From the IMG/VR virus record IMGVR_UViG_3300032038_000028, positions 48,853 through 112,852 of that record: a stretch of 64,000 nt of DNA, one strand, 5' to 3'. The first letter of the stretch is position 1. The number at the start of each line of letters is the position of its first letter. Below the pieces are notes generated by a model. It was not told the DNA's origin, ran no database searches, and worked only from the letters and a program-made list of their open reading frames with translations. Shown here in pieces: positions 18,979 to 28,813 of the stretch. The translations under genes were made by a program, and so were the position numbers. This DNA is from a virus (lineage: Duplodnaviria; Caudoviricetes).

Positions 18979-20402
18979 GTTCATATCTCCTTTCACCACA
19001 GTTCGCTATACCATTCATCCATGATACTCCGGCTCTCAAACCTGCAGCCCTTATAATAGGTAACTTCAACACTAAGTAACCGCCGATCCGCGGAGCGCAG
19101 GCAGAAGGTACACTGGGGAAACTGTTTGCTGATCGTACGCATGATGCTGTGGACATCCAGTTCGCAGAGTCCCTTGGATTCAAAGACCAGCTCTTCTCCC
19201 GGTTCCTTCACCCACACACGGTCGTAGTCCGAGAACAGCGCCGTGTCAAACAGATCCTGATTGTACAGGGCTTGCCAGATTTTGTGGATCAGTGCCGCCG
19301 TGAAGGTACTGGCTCCGCCGTTGTTGTGGATGAACAGCGAGTAGTACTTCATGTTCCTGTCTCCTTTCACACTCTCGGGTTCCATCCGCCGATGAAGGTC
19401 AGCCGCTCCCGGTTATCCTGCTTCGTGGCTTCGTAGAGGAAGTAACCCAGGTTCTGTTTCCGCATGGCTTTCGTGGCGGCCATGGCTTCTTCGTGGGTGT
19501 CCAGCAGGCGGGGCTTGTCGCACAGGGGAATCAGTTTGTAGTAGGTTTTCATAGGACGGCTCCTTTCATTTCCACGCCCAGCTTCCGGGCGATCACACGT
19601 TCCAGCGTTAACTGGATCTCCGCGTCCGTCACAGATTCATGATTCGGCAGTTCCCGCCAGACCGCCATCTGCAAGACGGGCTGGACGTCGTCGTAATGGG
19701 CTTCAAAATGCCGCCCGATTTCCCGATTGATCCGCGTCAGAATTTCATTCCGCTTGTCTTCGCTGGTGGCAGGGGCGAGCTGATCGTCCGGGATCAGCCA
19801 GCTGCATCCGCTCACTGTGTACTGTGCCAGCCCACTTTCCCAGTAGCGGAGCGGGACAGTCATGGTGTACTGGCGATGGCAGTAGTCGATGGTTTGCACG
19901 CCGGCAAGCTTAGCTGCCAGCAACGGGTTAACTTCCGAGACACGCCGCAGGAAATCCGTGGAGATGGTTACCTGATCGCCCTTATGGAACCGGCCGAGGA
20001 TGGCGATTTTGTTTCCGTCCCAGTCCGTTGCGGTTTCAAATACGATGTAGGGTTTCTGATCCTTTTTCATACGCTCACTCCTCCTCCTTGAACGTGCTGT
20101 CGATCTGTTCCGCCGTGAGATTCACATCCCATACGGGTTCATCCCAGTGGGATTCCGGCGACCAGTAGTGGGCTTTCATCTGTACATCTGTCAGATCACA
20201 CTGATCCACTTCCACCAGCATCGGGGCAAAGACATTTCCGTCCGGCCGCTTCAGGCTGATGTACACACCGGGGTAATCACCATTCGGCGAAACGTCCACA
20301 GGTTCCACCAGCAGGGTTCCCAGTGCGGTGTCGATTTCCATCTTGGCTTCCTGTTCGATCACGGTTCCGTCTTTCAGAATGATGCGCATGGTGTATCTCC
20401 TT

Positions 20403-20708
20403 TCAGTCCGTCGTCCGGTAATAGTAGTCGGCTTCTTCGCCGGTTAGGTGTTCCTGTGCATAGGTGTCGGCTTCACCGTACAGTTTGTTGTACATCTCCG
20501 CCATGTTCTGCCTGCCCGAGTTGTACCACTGCCAGAGCTTGTGGTTCAGCACCATGACCAGCTCGGTCAGGTATACACAGTTGTCTTTCCATTCCGCGAA
20601 AGCCCGATCGAAGGTATCCTGCACAGCGGCAGGGCCGAAGCGGTCAGCGATGGAGAAGTCCATCCAGAAGGTGGTCTGCAATTCGTAGTCCGTGTTGGGA
20701 AGATACAT
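20403..20708 (-). CDS. hypothetical protein
   Basis: TTFWMDFSIADRFG...YLTELVMVLNHK.W; GAAAGGAG SD. Confidence 0.75.
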   Translation of the reverse strand: MYLPNTDYELQTTFWMDFSIADRFGPAAVQDTFDRAFAEWKDNCVYLTELVMVLNHKLWQWYNSGRQNMAEMYNKLYGEADTYAQEHLTGEEADYYYRTTD

Positions 20709-20725
20709 GGGGCACGCTCCTTTCA

Positions 20726-20974
20726 TCAATATCCTTCGTAGTATTTTGAGATCACGCTGTGCGGCAGGAATTTGTATCCGCGCTCCGCCAGCGTATCCAT
20801 GATGTAGTTCTCCATGTTGAGCACGGTGAAGTCATCTTCGGCGACTGACTCACGGTACTCTTCTTCGAGGTCGTCCATCAGGTATTCAAAGTCATCATCC
20901 GATTCCGGCGCTTCGATCAGGGCGAAGTCGTCGTCGCCGTAGTCATTGTGCATATGGATCAGCTTGATGCTCAT
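20726..20974 (-). CDS. very acidic small protein
   Basis: Multiple DDD/EEE runs; GAAGGAG SD. Confidence 0.7.
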   Translation of the reverse strand: MSIKLIHMHNDYGDDDFALIEAPESDDDFEYLMDDLEEEYRESVAEDDFTVLNMENYIMDTLAERGYKFLPHSVISKYYEGY

Positions 20975-20977
20975 GAT

Positions 20978-21526
20978 TTACTCTCCTTCCTCTTCCTCAT
21001 CGTCGTCACACATCTCATCTTCGTAAATTCCCCAAAGGTCGGCGGCTGTTTCCCAGAACTCCGGCGTTCCGTATGCGTAGTCGTCGCTGTCTGAACAAAC
21101 CATGTCATCCTCGAACCAGAACACATGCCATTTCGCTCCGCAAGCGATATCTTCATTCATGGCTGTGACATCGATCTGTGCTTTGGTGTTTTCAACCAGC
21201 GCCCACACCGGCGGTTCAGCAAATGACCATGCTGTATCATATCTGATTTCATGGCGCTGATAATTAACGTTGCCATGACAGGCATTCCATTTGGTACCCC
21301 AATGATTGACACTCCAGTCGTACCAGTTAAGCTCGCCCGGATACTTCTCTCTGTCCTCCGCACTCAGCGGCCCGCGGAACACCGTGTCCGGCATCGGGAT
21401 CAGTTTCTGAAAATCCAGAGTCGTATCGCCATCGGGTTCCTTTGTGCAGTACTGATCTACAATGTTCCTGAATTCTTCGTCCGTGACATCTACAAACCTC
21501 AACTTCGTTGCAACCCAGTTCGGCAT
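20978..21526 (-). CDS. YubB/DUF1281 ferredoxin-like domain protein
   Basis: MPNW...LDFQKLIPMP...NWYDWSVNHWGTKWNA...YDTAWS signature. Confidence 0.85.
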   Translation of the reverse strand: MPNWVATKLRFVDVTDEEFRNIVDQYCTKEPDGDTTLDFQKLIPMPDTVFRGPLSAEDREKYPGELNWYDWSVNHWGTKWNACHGNVNYQRHEIRYDTAWSFAEPPVWALVENTKAQIDVTAMNEDIACGAKWHVFWFEDDMVCSDSDDYAYGTPEFWETAADLWGIYEDEMCDDDEEEEGE

Positions 21527-21542
21527 ACTCTTATCTCCTTCC

Positions 21543-22022
21543 TTACAGATGGGCGTCCACGGCGCCGCAGATGTAGTACTTTTTGCCAGGCTCCGCTGCC
21601 CGCATGAAGTCCTGTGCCGTCAGCCAGCCGTCGTCCCATGAGAAAAACATGCTCTCGTCGGTAGCATCATGGGACATGCTGAGCCGGTACAGGCCCGGTA
21701 CACTGTACGCCCTCATATCTTCTTCCGTTGTGGTATTGAGCAAAGCAAGCGCTTTCTTGAATTCCTGCCAGATACCGTGGAAGTAATTGTCGATAGATTC
21801 CTGATCCAGCTGGACGTACCAGCCGTTCTCATCCTGATCCACAACGGCGCGTCCGCCGGTCAGCCAGTCGCTGATCTCCTGCGCCAGCTCTTCGTCGGAA
21901 GTCGAGATGTCCTGCCAGTAATCATAGTGGCCGATGGCATAGGAGTCATCATCCAGCATGTCGGCTGCGATCTTGTCGATGTTGTCCGTGTTTTCTGCGA
22001 TTCCGTAAATTGTGATATGCAT
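21543..22022 (-). CDS. acidic hypothetical protein
   Basis: GAAGGAG SD; ends YYICGAVDAH. Confidence 0.7.
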   Translation of the reverse strand: MHITIYGIAENTDNIDKIAADMLDDDSYAIGHYDYWQDISTSDEELAQEISDWLTGGRAVVDQDENGWYVQLDQESIDNYFHGIWQEFKKALALLNTTTEEDMRAYSVPGLYRLSMSHDATDESMFFSWDDGWLTAQDFMRAAEPGKKYYICGAVDAHL

Positions 22023-22041
22023 ATTCTTATCTCCTTCCATT

Positions 22042-22066
22042 AAAAAAGGAACCGGCTTACGGTTCC
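22042..22066 (-). terminator. intrinsic terminator
   Basis: GGAACC stem around GTAAGCC followed by TTTTTT. Confidence 0.65.
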
Positions 22067-22371
22067 CGTTCGATTGCTTCCAGTTCTCTGAGCGCCCAGC
22101 GGTGGCTGACCTGTTTGGATGCCACCCGGTTGAGCAGGTCGAGGAGCAGTTTGGTCTTGGTTCGGTAATGGATCCTGCCCGGTGATCCGTGACGGTAGCG
22201 GACACGGTACTCGAACATTTCCCGGGCGTAGTCTTCGTTCATGCACCGCTCAGTGGCGATGCGGATTTTCCTGTACACCCGCTCGGCGTCCGGTGGGAGA
22301 TTCTCGCTCCGCTTTACCTTCACCCGGGCGTTTGTGTTCTTCCATCCTTTGCCCATAGGTATCTCCTTCCG

Positions 22372-22713
22372 TTAATCGATCTCAATGGTGAATCCTTCGG
22401 GGTGTATGTAGTCTATCTCCACGTCTGGCCACAGCTCCGACATGCGGTCGATAATGTAGTCGTCTGCACTCAGGCGGTCGCCATCATACAGGAGCTCACA
22501 TGGCGTCTCTCCGTCATCGTTTTCTGTTGTGAATTCCTTTGCGATCTTCTGAAGGTCGTCGATCATGCGCCACCATTCGTCAACCGTGCATCCGTTATAG
22601 GTTACGTTGTACAGGAGCTGGTAGTCTTCACCGGGAGCTCCGACTCCGCAATTGGCGGCGTCCATCCCGTTCCATTTGATTCTCATGATCTGCTTCATCA
22701 TGATCTGCTTCAT
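22372..22713 (-). CDS. acidic hypothetical protein
   Basis: AAAGGAG SD. Confidence 0.65.
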   Translation of the reverse strand: MKQIMMKQIMRIKWNGMDAANCGVGAPGEDYQLLYNVTYNGCTVDEWWRMIDDLQKIAKEFTTENDDGETPCELLYDGDRLSADDYIIDRMSELWPDVEIDYIHPEGFTIEID

Positions 22714-22729
22714 ATTCTCATCTCCTTTC

Positions 22730-23128
22730 TCAGGCGGTGGTCTGTTCCTGCCAGCGGAGCTGCTGCGCTTCCTGAGCTGTTCTCATCTGCACGTTACGGC
22801 GTTTCAGGAAATTCCTGACGGTTGGTTCCGCCACATGAAAGACTGTCGCGATTTTAGGGCAGGACATGCCCTGCTGATACATCTCGAGCACTTCCTTCTC
22901 AAACTGTGGCAGGACGCCGATCCGACTGGTTCGCACAGGCTTCCAGTTCCTAACTGGTTCCGGCTTCCGAGGATCCAGCGCCACGATCTTCGGTTCCATC
23001 TTCGGCTCCGTCGTGTCCGAGCTGGTTTTCAAGGTGATGGTCGCATGCTGTGCGATGGTTTCTTTAATCTCTTCCGCGGTCAGTTCGATCTCCAGTTTCA
23101 TGCCAGCAACGTTCCGAATGATAATCAT
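22730..23128 (-). CDS. C-terminal HTH protein
   Basis: EMYQQGMSCPKIATVFHVAEPTVRNFLKR. Confidence 0.7.
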   Translation of the reverse strand: MIIIRNVAGMKLEIELTAEEIKETIAQHATITLKTSSDTTEPKMEPKIVALDPRKPEPVRNWKPVRTSRIGVLPQFEKEVLEMYQQGMSCPKIATVFHVAEPTVRNFLKRRNVQMRTAQEAQQLRWQEQTTA

Positions 23129-23164
23129 ATTCATGTCTCCTTCCATTATAAAAGACGCCCGATG

Positions 23165-23467
23165 TCAGGCGTCCTCTTTCCAAAGTTCTTTTTTTGCTTG
23201 GTTATATGCGTCCTTGAACAGCATCCTCGGATTCTCCTTGAGTATCTCCATCGCTCTGGCTTTGGTGATCTCGTACCGCCGGTTGGATTCCGCCTGCCGT
23301 TCCTCGGCTTCACGTTTCTCGCGCTTTTCCTTTGCATCTGCGCAGGCCAACCAGATCAGGATGATAATCACGATCACGACGGCGGTTCCTGCCCGGGCGA
23401 AATCCCCGGACGACATGTCGATGAAGAGACAACAGGCAAGAATAGCGATGGCAACTAATCCGAACAT
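23165..23467 (-). CDS. two-TM membrane protein
   Basis: Two hydrophobic N-terminal segments and a charged tail. Confidence 0.65.
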   Translation of the reverse strand: MFGLVAIAILACCLFIDMSSGDFARAGTAVVIVIIILIWLACADAKEKREKREAEERQAESNRRYEITKARAMEILKENPRMLFKDAYNQAKKELWKEDA

Positions 23468-23485
23468 TGCATCTCCCCTTTCCGA

Positions 23486-24172
23486 TTAACGCAGGATTTC
23501 CAGGATATCGAACTCGGTGTCCTTCCGGTAGCAACGCTTGCAGGTGGCACAACTGATTCCGGCACAGTTGGATTTCACGCCGTGGGCCAGCAGCCATTCC
23601 TTCGTGTAGACGGTGAAGCGGTGATCCACATATGGGAGAGCCCACGGTGGAATCGCGTCCGGCATGTTGATCCGCAGGCTGGAGAAGACGAGCGTCATGT
23701 TTTCCGGCTTGCCTTCCTGCTTCAGAGCTTCCACCCAGAGATCCAGATTCTTCGTCCAGACCCCGAACCGGCAGTCCGGATTGGCCTTGATGATCCTGAT
23801 GTAGTTGACTGCCTGCAGGACACTGGCGACATCGCCGAAGCTCTCCACCCGGGTCAGCTTGTCAGGATTGATCCTTAATGCTTTCGGAGTCCACTTGACC
23901 TTGGGCGCCGTTTCGATTTCCGTTGCGTTCAGTGTAGCAAAATTCTGTCCGGTTGTCAACTTAAGTCCGGGGCGGATCTTCTGCAGGGCACAGCTGAAGC
24001 AGTGAGCGCACACCGCTTCGCCGTTCAGCATCCGTGCAACGCACCGGGGATTCATCAGACAGCAGGTGGAGAAGGACGGGAGCCCGGCCATTTTGGATTT
24101 GCAATCGTGTTCCGTCTGGATGAGCTCCGCTGTGGTTCCGTTCGCCATGGTCATCGCAAGTCTGTACGCCAT
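23486..24172 (-). CDS. Gp88-like Cys-rich (radical-SAM-like fold) phage protein
   Basis: SKM...SFST; C..C motifs; RVESFGDV; FGVWTKN; C-terminal CATCKRCY. Confidence 0.65.
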   Translation of the reverse strand: MAYRLAMTMANGTTAELIQTEHDCKSKMAGLPSFSTCCLMNPRCVARMLNGEAVCAHCFSCALQKIRPGLKLTTGQNFATLNATEIETAPKVKWTPKALRINPDKLTRVESFGDVASVLQAVNYIRIIKANPDCRFGVWTKNLDLWVEALKQEGKPENMTLVFSSLRINMPDAIPPWALPYVDHRFTVYTKEWLLAHGVKSNCAGISCATCKRCYRKDTEFDILEILR

Positions 24173-24216
24173 ATGATACCTTCCTTTCGTAGACAGTTGT
24201 CTACCTTTTGTGCATT

Positions 24217-24238
24217 AAAAAAGAACCGTTTACGGTTC
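24217..24238 (-). terminator. intrinsic terminator
   Basis: GAACCGT-AA-ACGGTTC followed by TTTTTT. Confidence 0.65.
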
Positions 24239-26667
24239 CTGTTTGAGCCACGCTTCGATGGCGGATTGCGAATCGAACGTCATCGACTCGCCGGTCTCGG
24301 TGTTCTTGAAGAGGTAGGCCGTTTGCCGATGTCGTCCGACTGGCCGGGCCCGGAAGACCAGAACCCAGCCGCGCTTCAGCATTCGCTTTTCCAGGCGGAG
24401 CAGATGCTCCGGGTATTTATTGATTTCCATGGCTGTTCTCCTTCCGTCAGAAGCTCCGCGCCAGTGTTCCGTCCGGGTTGGTCAGGTAGCAGTACAGCCC
24501 ATCCCGCAGGTTGTACCCGGCGACCTGAATGATGTGGTCTTCGTGGATCCGCACCACGTTGATTCCCTTGACTCCCTTCAGCACGCCGCGATTCACGGCC
24601 GGGATCTGATTCCGCTTGGCGTAGATGCGCTTCGGGGGCTTGCTCAGTCCGGTGATGCCGGGCTTAAAGAGCTCGATCGCAATCATTTGGATTCTCCTTC
24701 CCACCACGGTTTCTCTTTCCGTCCACGCCAGCATCCATGTGCCGGGCACCAGTCACAGCGCTCGTCATGCCCTTCATCAGCGGCATCCCAGTGGCAGAGC
24801 GTGCAGAGCATCGTCTTCCGTCCACAGGTGGGGCAGGTGACGGCATAGGTTTCCATGTCGTCGTCATCAATTACAATTGGGATATCGGTATCGCATTCCG
24901 GGCAGTACTCTCCGAAGTCGTAACCGGTTTCCTGTTCCGTTTTAACGTGGGTCATACGACGCTCCCTTCCGCCGTGAACGAGATCGTAACTTCCCCGCTC
25001 AGATCCGGCATGTCATAGAACAGACTGTTGGTTCCGCTGACCACTGCTCTGGTGTGGTTCTCGTTTACAGACATTCCGGTACGGAGCCACATGGCGTGGG
25101 TCAAAGCTTCAAACGCGTTCCGGGTGGCAGATGCAAAAGCTTCCTGTCCGCCGCCGATGTCTTCGACGACGTACTGCTCCACCATGGGGGAGTAAACATG
25201 GTCGCCGTTTTCAAAGTGCAGGACGGATCCCACCTGACCAAGGTCGCGCCGAATTCGGATTCCGGTTGTGGCGCCGTTGTCAACCATGAGTACCATTACA
25301 GCTCACCTTCTTCCAGCTCGAGCCCGTTCTTCTGCAGGATGGCGTTCACCAGCATGGGCAGATTCTGATCCACCATGCGCTCGGCTTCCTGTTCCGCTTT
25401 GGCAGACTTGCGGGCGACTTCCTTCAGGAGAAGCTTGGTGCCGCTGAAGGCAACGAAACCTTCCATCATGACGCCGTTGCCGCAGGAGCGTCGTTCCACC
25501 GGGACGACCGTCAGATAGTAGCCGCGCCGCTCGTTCTTGTAGGTGAACAGGTTCATGCCGCCAAGGCTGTAGGACATATCCACTTTCAGGTGGGTTGTGG
25601 TTCCGGCGTTGGGTTTCACTTTCAGATAACGTTTCATGGTTTACTCTCCTTCCATTTCTGCGTCCGCTCTGGCGATGATGTCTTCCAGATAGTAGCCGAC
25701 CAGCTCCCCGAACAGAGTGCCGGCGGGTTCTGATTCCTGTGCAAGATTGATGATCGTATGGGCGGTGACTTCGGGAATGTGAGTCCACGTTTCATCGACC
25801 GCCTTGGCGATCGCGTTCATAAAGCAGTAGCACCAGTCGGGATTGCTCAGGCGGGATTTCATGTCGGGCATAGTTTATTCTCCTTCCTTCACGGGCTTCT
25901 TGCTGATGATGACGGTTGCGACGTCCTCGAGCCAGCCTTCCATCACATCGAAGGTGCCGTCCGCTACATTTTGCTCGATGGCCTTGATGGCGGCGTCGTC
26001 GGTGCGTGCCCGGTGGCACATCCGATTAACCCAAGTTTCGCGCCGTTCCACTTCATATTCGTACATCGGTTCTTCTTCCACTTCATACTGGTCGATTATG
26101 CCGTACTTGTCATAGATGTACAGTCCGCCTTTATCGCAATCAATGCGGATGTCGGTAATGGTTACCTTTCCGGTGGCACTGATTACGTAACGCTGAGCAC
26201 TCAGGATGTGAAAATTTGCGCGCCGTTTCCCAGACATCACCCAGCTGTGCATAACTTTGAGATCTTCTATGTCCGACCAAAGGACCGGCTTTCCGCCGTA
26301 GGTCACAACGAGAACATATTTGATGTCGCTTTCCATTATTACTTCTCCTTCCGTCAATGGTCGAATTCCGGGAACCATCCTTCCCAGACAACGTTTTTGC
26401 AGATGTCTCCGAAGCGGAAGTGCTCGCCCGGTTCCCATCCGAAGTACCAGACGCGCTCTCCGTGCCAGTAGATCTCGGTGACGTCATCGTTCGTGCAGTC
26501 ATCGAAGGCAATGATTTTGGAAACGTCGGTGAAAAACCGATCCGCTGAGACGTTGCTCGAGTATCCGTGAACGGTGACGATCCGCTCATCGGAGTCCGCG
26601 GTATCATGTTCCACTGCAAACAGGTTCAGCTTGGCGCCGATGCTTCTCATGTTGGGTTCTCCTTCCG

Positions 26668-26859
26668 TCAGTAGATCCACAGGGCTTGCTCGAAGGTCTG
26701 CCCGTCCACTGTGACGTTAATGAGCCAGTCACCTTCCGCCGGGCGAACGTATTCGTTGAGCCAGATTTCGGCGTCCGCTACGACGTGATGGATGCCGCTG
26801 CGGAATCCGATGAACCATGCCAGTGCGGCGACCAGCAGGACGGCGATCAGTTTTTTCAT
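26668..26859 (-). CDS. small membrane-anchored protein, paralog of 30175-30339
   Basis: Signal-like N-terminus; G..H....A..W...DG pattern. Confidence 0.65.
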   Translation of the reverse strand: MKKLIAVLLVAALAWFIGFRSGIHHVVADAEIWLNEYVRPAEGDWLINVTVDGQTFEQALWIY

Positions 26860-27227
26860 GCGTCATTCTCCTTCCATTCCAGCTTGTACACCCGGTGGGC
26901 GGTCGCTTCGGTGTCTACGATCCAGTACCGGCGAATGATTTTCGTTTCCCGATCCGGCGACACACTGGTCAACTGGGTCGGCAGGTAGCCGGCGTAGGTA
27001 TAGCCGTACTCGGTGCGCTCCGTTCCGCCGAGATTCCGGAAGAACGGGATGGCGTCGAAGATGTTGTGGTAGAATTCGTAGGAGATTTTGCGCACCGTTT
27101 CTGAGTCCGGCTTGGTCTTCCAGCTCTTGCCGGAAGTCGTGCGGGAGAAGCGCTGTTCCTTTTCCACTATGACGGCGTTCTCCAAATAGCTGCGGTTCAT
27201 GCGAATGTTGCGGGTGGGATCAGACAT
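26856..27227 (-). CDS. hypothetical protein downstream of hammerhead 1
   Basis: AGAAAGGAAGG SD; PFFRNLGGTE...YTYAGY. Confidence 0.75.
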   Translation of the reverse strand: MSDPTRNIRMNRSYLENAVIVEKEQRFSRTTSGKSWKTKPDSETVRKISYEFYHNIFDAIPFFRNLGGTERTEYGYTYAGYLPTQLTSVSPDRETKIIRRYWIVDTEATAHRVYKLEWKENDA

Positions 27228-27267
27228 AATTTACCTTCCTTTCTGGCTCCGTTGAGCCTGTACAATG

Positions 27268-27329
27268 TAGCCTGTCTCGTCAGTAACGGGCGGCCATTCC
27301 CGTCAGACCGCCCGAAGGCGGTTTCGACA
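27268..27329 (-). ncRNA. type II hammerhead ribozyme (HH1)
   Basis: GUC-GAAA-CCGCC(UUCG)GGCGG-UC^-UGACGGG(AAUGGCCG)CCCGUUA-CUGACGA-GAC; loop UGGCC can pair with 3' GGCUA. Confidence 0.93.
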
Positions 27330-27358
27330 ATTCGATTTCCTTTCCGGTTCCGTTTACC

Positions 27359-27751
27359 TTATGCGGTCTGCTCGGCGGCTTCGGCAGCCTTCTTCGCTTC
27401 CCGTTCCGCCCACCACCGTTCCGAGGCGATACGTTCCTGCTCGCGCCGCTCGGCATTCTCGTTCAAAATCTTTTCCTGTTCCGCGGGAGACACTTCGCCG
27501 ACCAGCTTGTACACGTACAGCGTGTAGGCATCCTTGCCATTCTGCTGTTCCTCGTCCCACTCGTAACGGCGGGACGCCTTAATAATCTTATCGGGGGCCT
27601 TTTGGCCTGGTTTATACTGGTAACGTTTTATCAATTCGGGTTCCAGCGCGTAGTCGTCGAAGCTCTTGACGTGGCTCTGTTCGCACTCATAGCAGAGATC
27701 GTAGTCTTCGTAGGTCTGGCCGCAGTGGTCGCACACATACAGATTTTTCAT
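27359..27751 (-). CDS. zinc-finger hypothetical protein
   Basis: YVCDHCG...C..CE..H. Confidence 0.75.
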   Translation of the reverse strand: MKNLYVCDHCGQTYEDYDLCYECEQSHVKSFDDYALEPELIKRYQYKPGQKAPDKIIKASRRYEWDEEQQNGKDAYTLYVYKLVGEVSPAEQEKILNENAERREQERIASERWWAEREAKKAAEAAEQTA

Positions 27752-28101
27752 TTTGATTTCCTTTCTGGTTCCGATGAACCTTAGTCCAGATCGTCCAATG
27801 TGAGAATGCCCATAGCCCAGAAGAGCTTCCAGAAGGTTTCCGAATTGGTTCTGATTCCGTTGGGCAGATGGATGTCGCAAACGGTGCTCCGCTGACGGTG
27901 CGAGCAATATTTGCTGTTCCGCGTGGTATATAGGGGTGTGATCTGATTCCCCTTGACGTAGGCGTAAAGCATGATTCGATTTCCTTTCCGGTTCCGTTGA
28001 ACCTTTTGGGATCGTTTCGGGTTCCGTTTACCTATGTGTATAATATGCAAGATTGTGTGTATAATTATGCATTTTGGAATCGATTCGGGTTCCGTTGAAC
28101 C

Positions 28102-28443
28102 TTATGCAAGCTGTTCAGCTGCTTCCCGTTTCGCCCAAACGTGGTCTTGTGCATCGTAAACCTTGTTCCGCTGGTGCCACTTCAGGCGGTTGTCTCCGGC
28201 GTCCAGATCCACTGTGTAGGATCCGTCGTTGAAATCCACGAGCCGTCCGCCGACGAAATCGCCAGCGTCAGCCCAGACCTGATTCCCGTTCCGCATATAG
28301 AACTTAATGACTTCATCGCCGGATATGATGGTTACGTCCACCTTGACGACGTCTTCGATCTTGACGCAATCCAGATAATGACGGTCGTTCCGATAATCCA
28401 TTACGCATGCCAGTCCGTTGTGCTTTCCTTTGTAGGTGCTCAT
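28102..28443 (-). CDS. hypothetical protein
   Basis: AGAAAGGAG SD preceded by the hairpin motif. Confidence 0.75.
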   Translation of the reverse strand: MSTYKGKHNGLACVMDYRNDRHYLDCVKIEDVVKVDVTIISGDEVIKFYMRNGNQVWADAGDFVGGRLVDFNDGSYTVDLDAGDNRLKWHQRNKVYDAQDHVWAKREAAEQLA

Positions 28444-28476
28444 GATCCTATCTCCTTTCTGGTTCCGTTGAACCTA

Positions 28477-28707
28477 TCAGAAAACCCGCATGTAAGGCTG
28501 TTCCGGTTCCGAGAGCTGAAGGTAGCAAGCAAGCTGACGCTTGACATAGAAATTCTCTTCCTCGTTGATCTTACCAACGATGAAGAGAATCAATTCCGAT
28601 TCCAGTATATGCCCCTGCTTCCATTGGGCGATCTTCTCACGGATTTCTGCCTCTGCCAGAGCAAAGCGGGCGTTAGCATTCCGTTCCATCGTTTCTGTAA
28701 TCTTCAT
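28477..28707 (-). CDS. hypothetical protein downstream of hammerhead 2
   Basis: AGAAAGGAG SD preceded by the hairpin motif. Confidence 0.7.
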   Translation of the reverse strand: MKITETMERNANARFALAEAEIREKIAQWKQGHILESELILFIVGKINEEENFYVKRQLACYLQLSEPEQPYMRVF

Positions 28708-28752
28708 TGTTATCTCCTTTCTGGTTCTGTTATGAACCTGTGCATAAAAATA

Positions 28753-28813
28753 CAGCCTGTCTCATCAGTAGCGGTAGGCTGGTTCCGCCAGACCGCCCGA
28801 AGGCGGTTTCGAC
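28753..28813 (-). ncRNA. type II hammerhead ribozyme (HH2)
   Basis: GUC-GAAA-CCGCC(UUCG)GGCGG-UC^-UGGCGG(AACCAGCCUA)CCGCUA-CUGAUGA-GAC; loop CAGCCU pairs with 3' AGGCUG. Confidence 0.95.
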
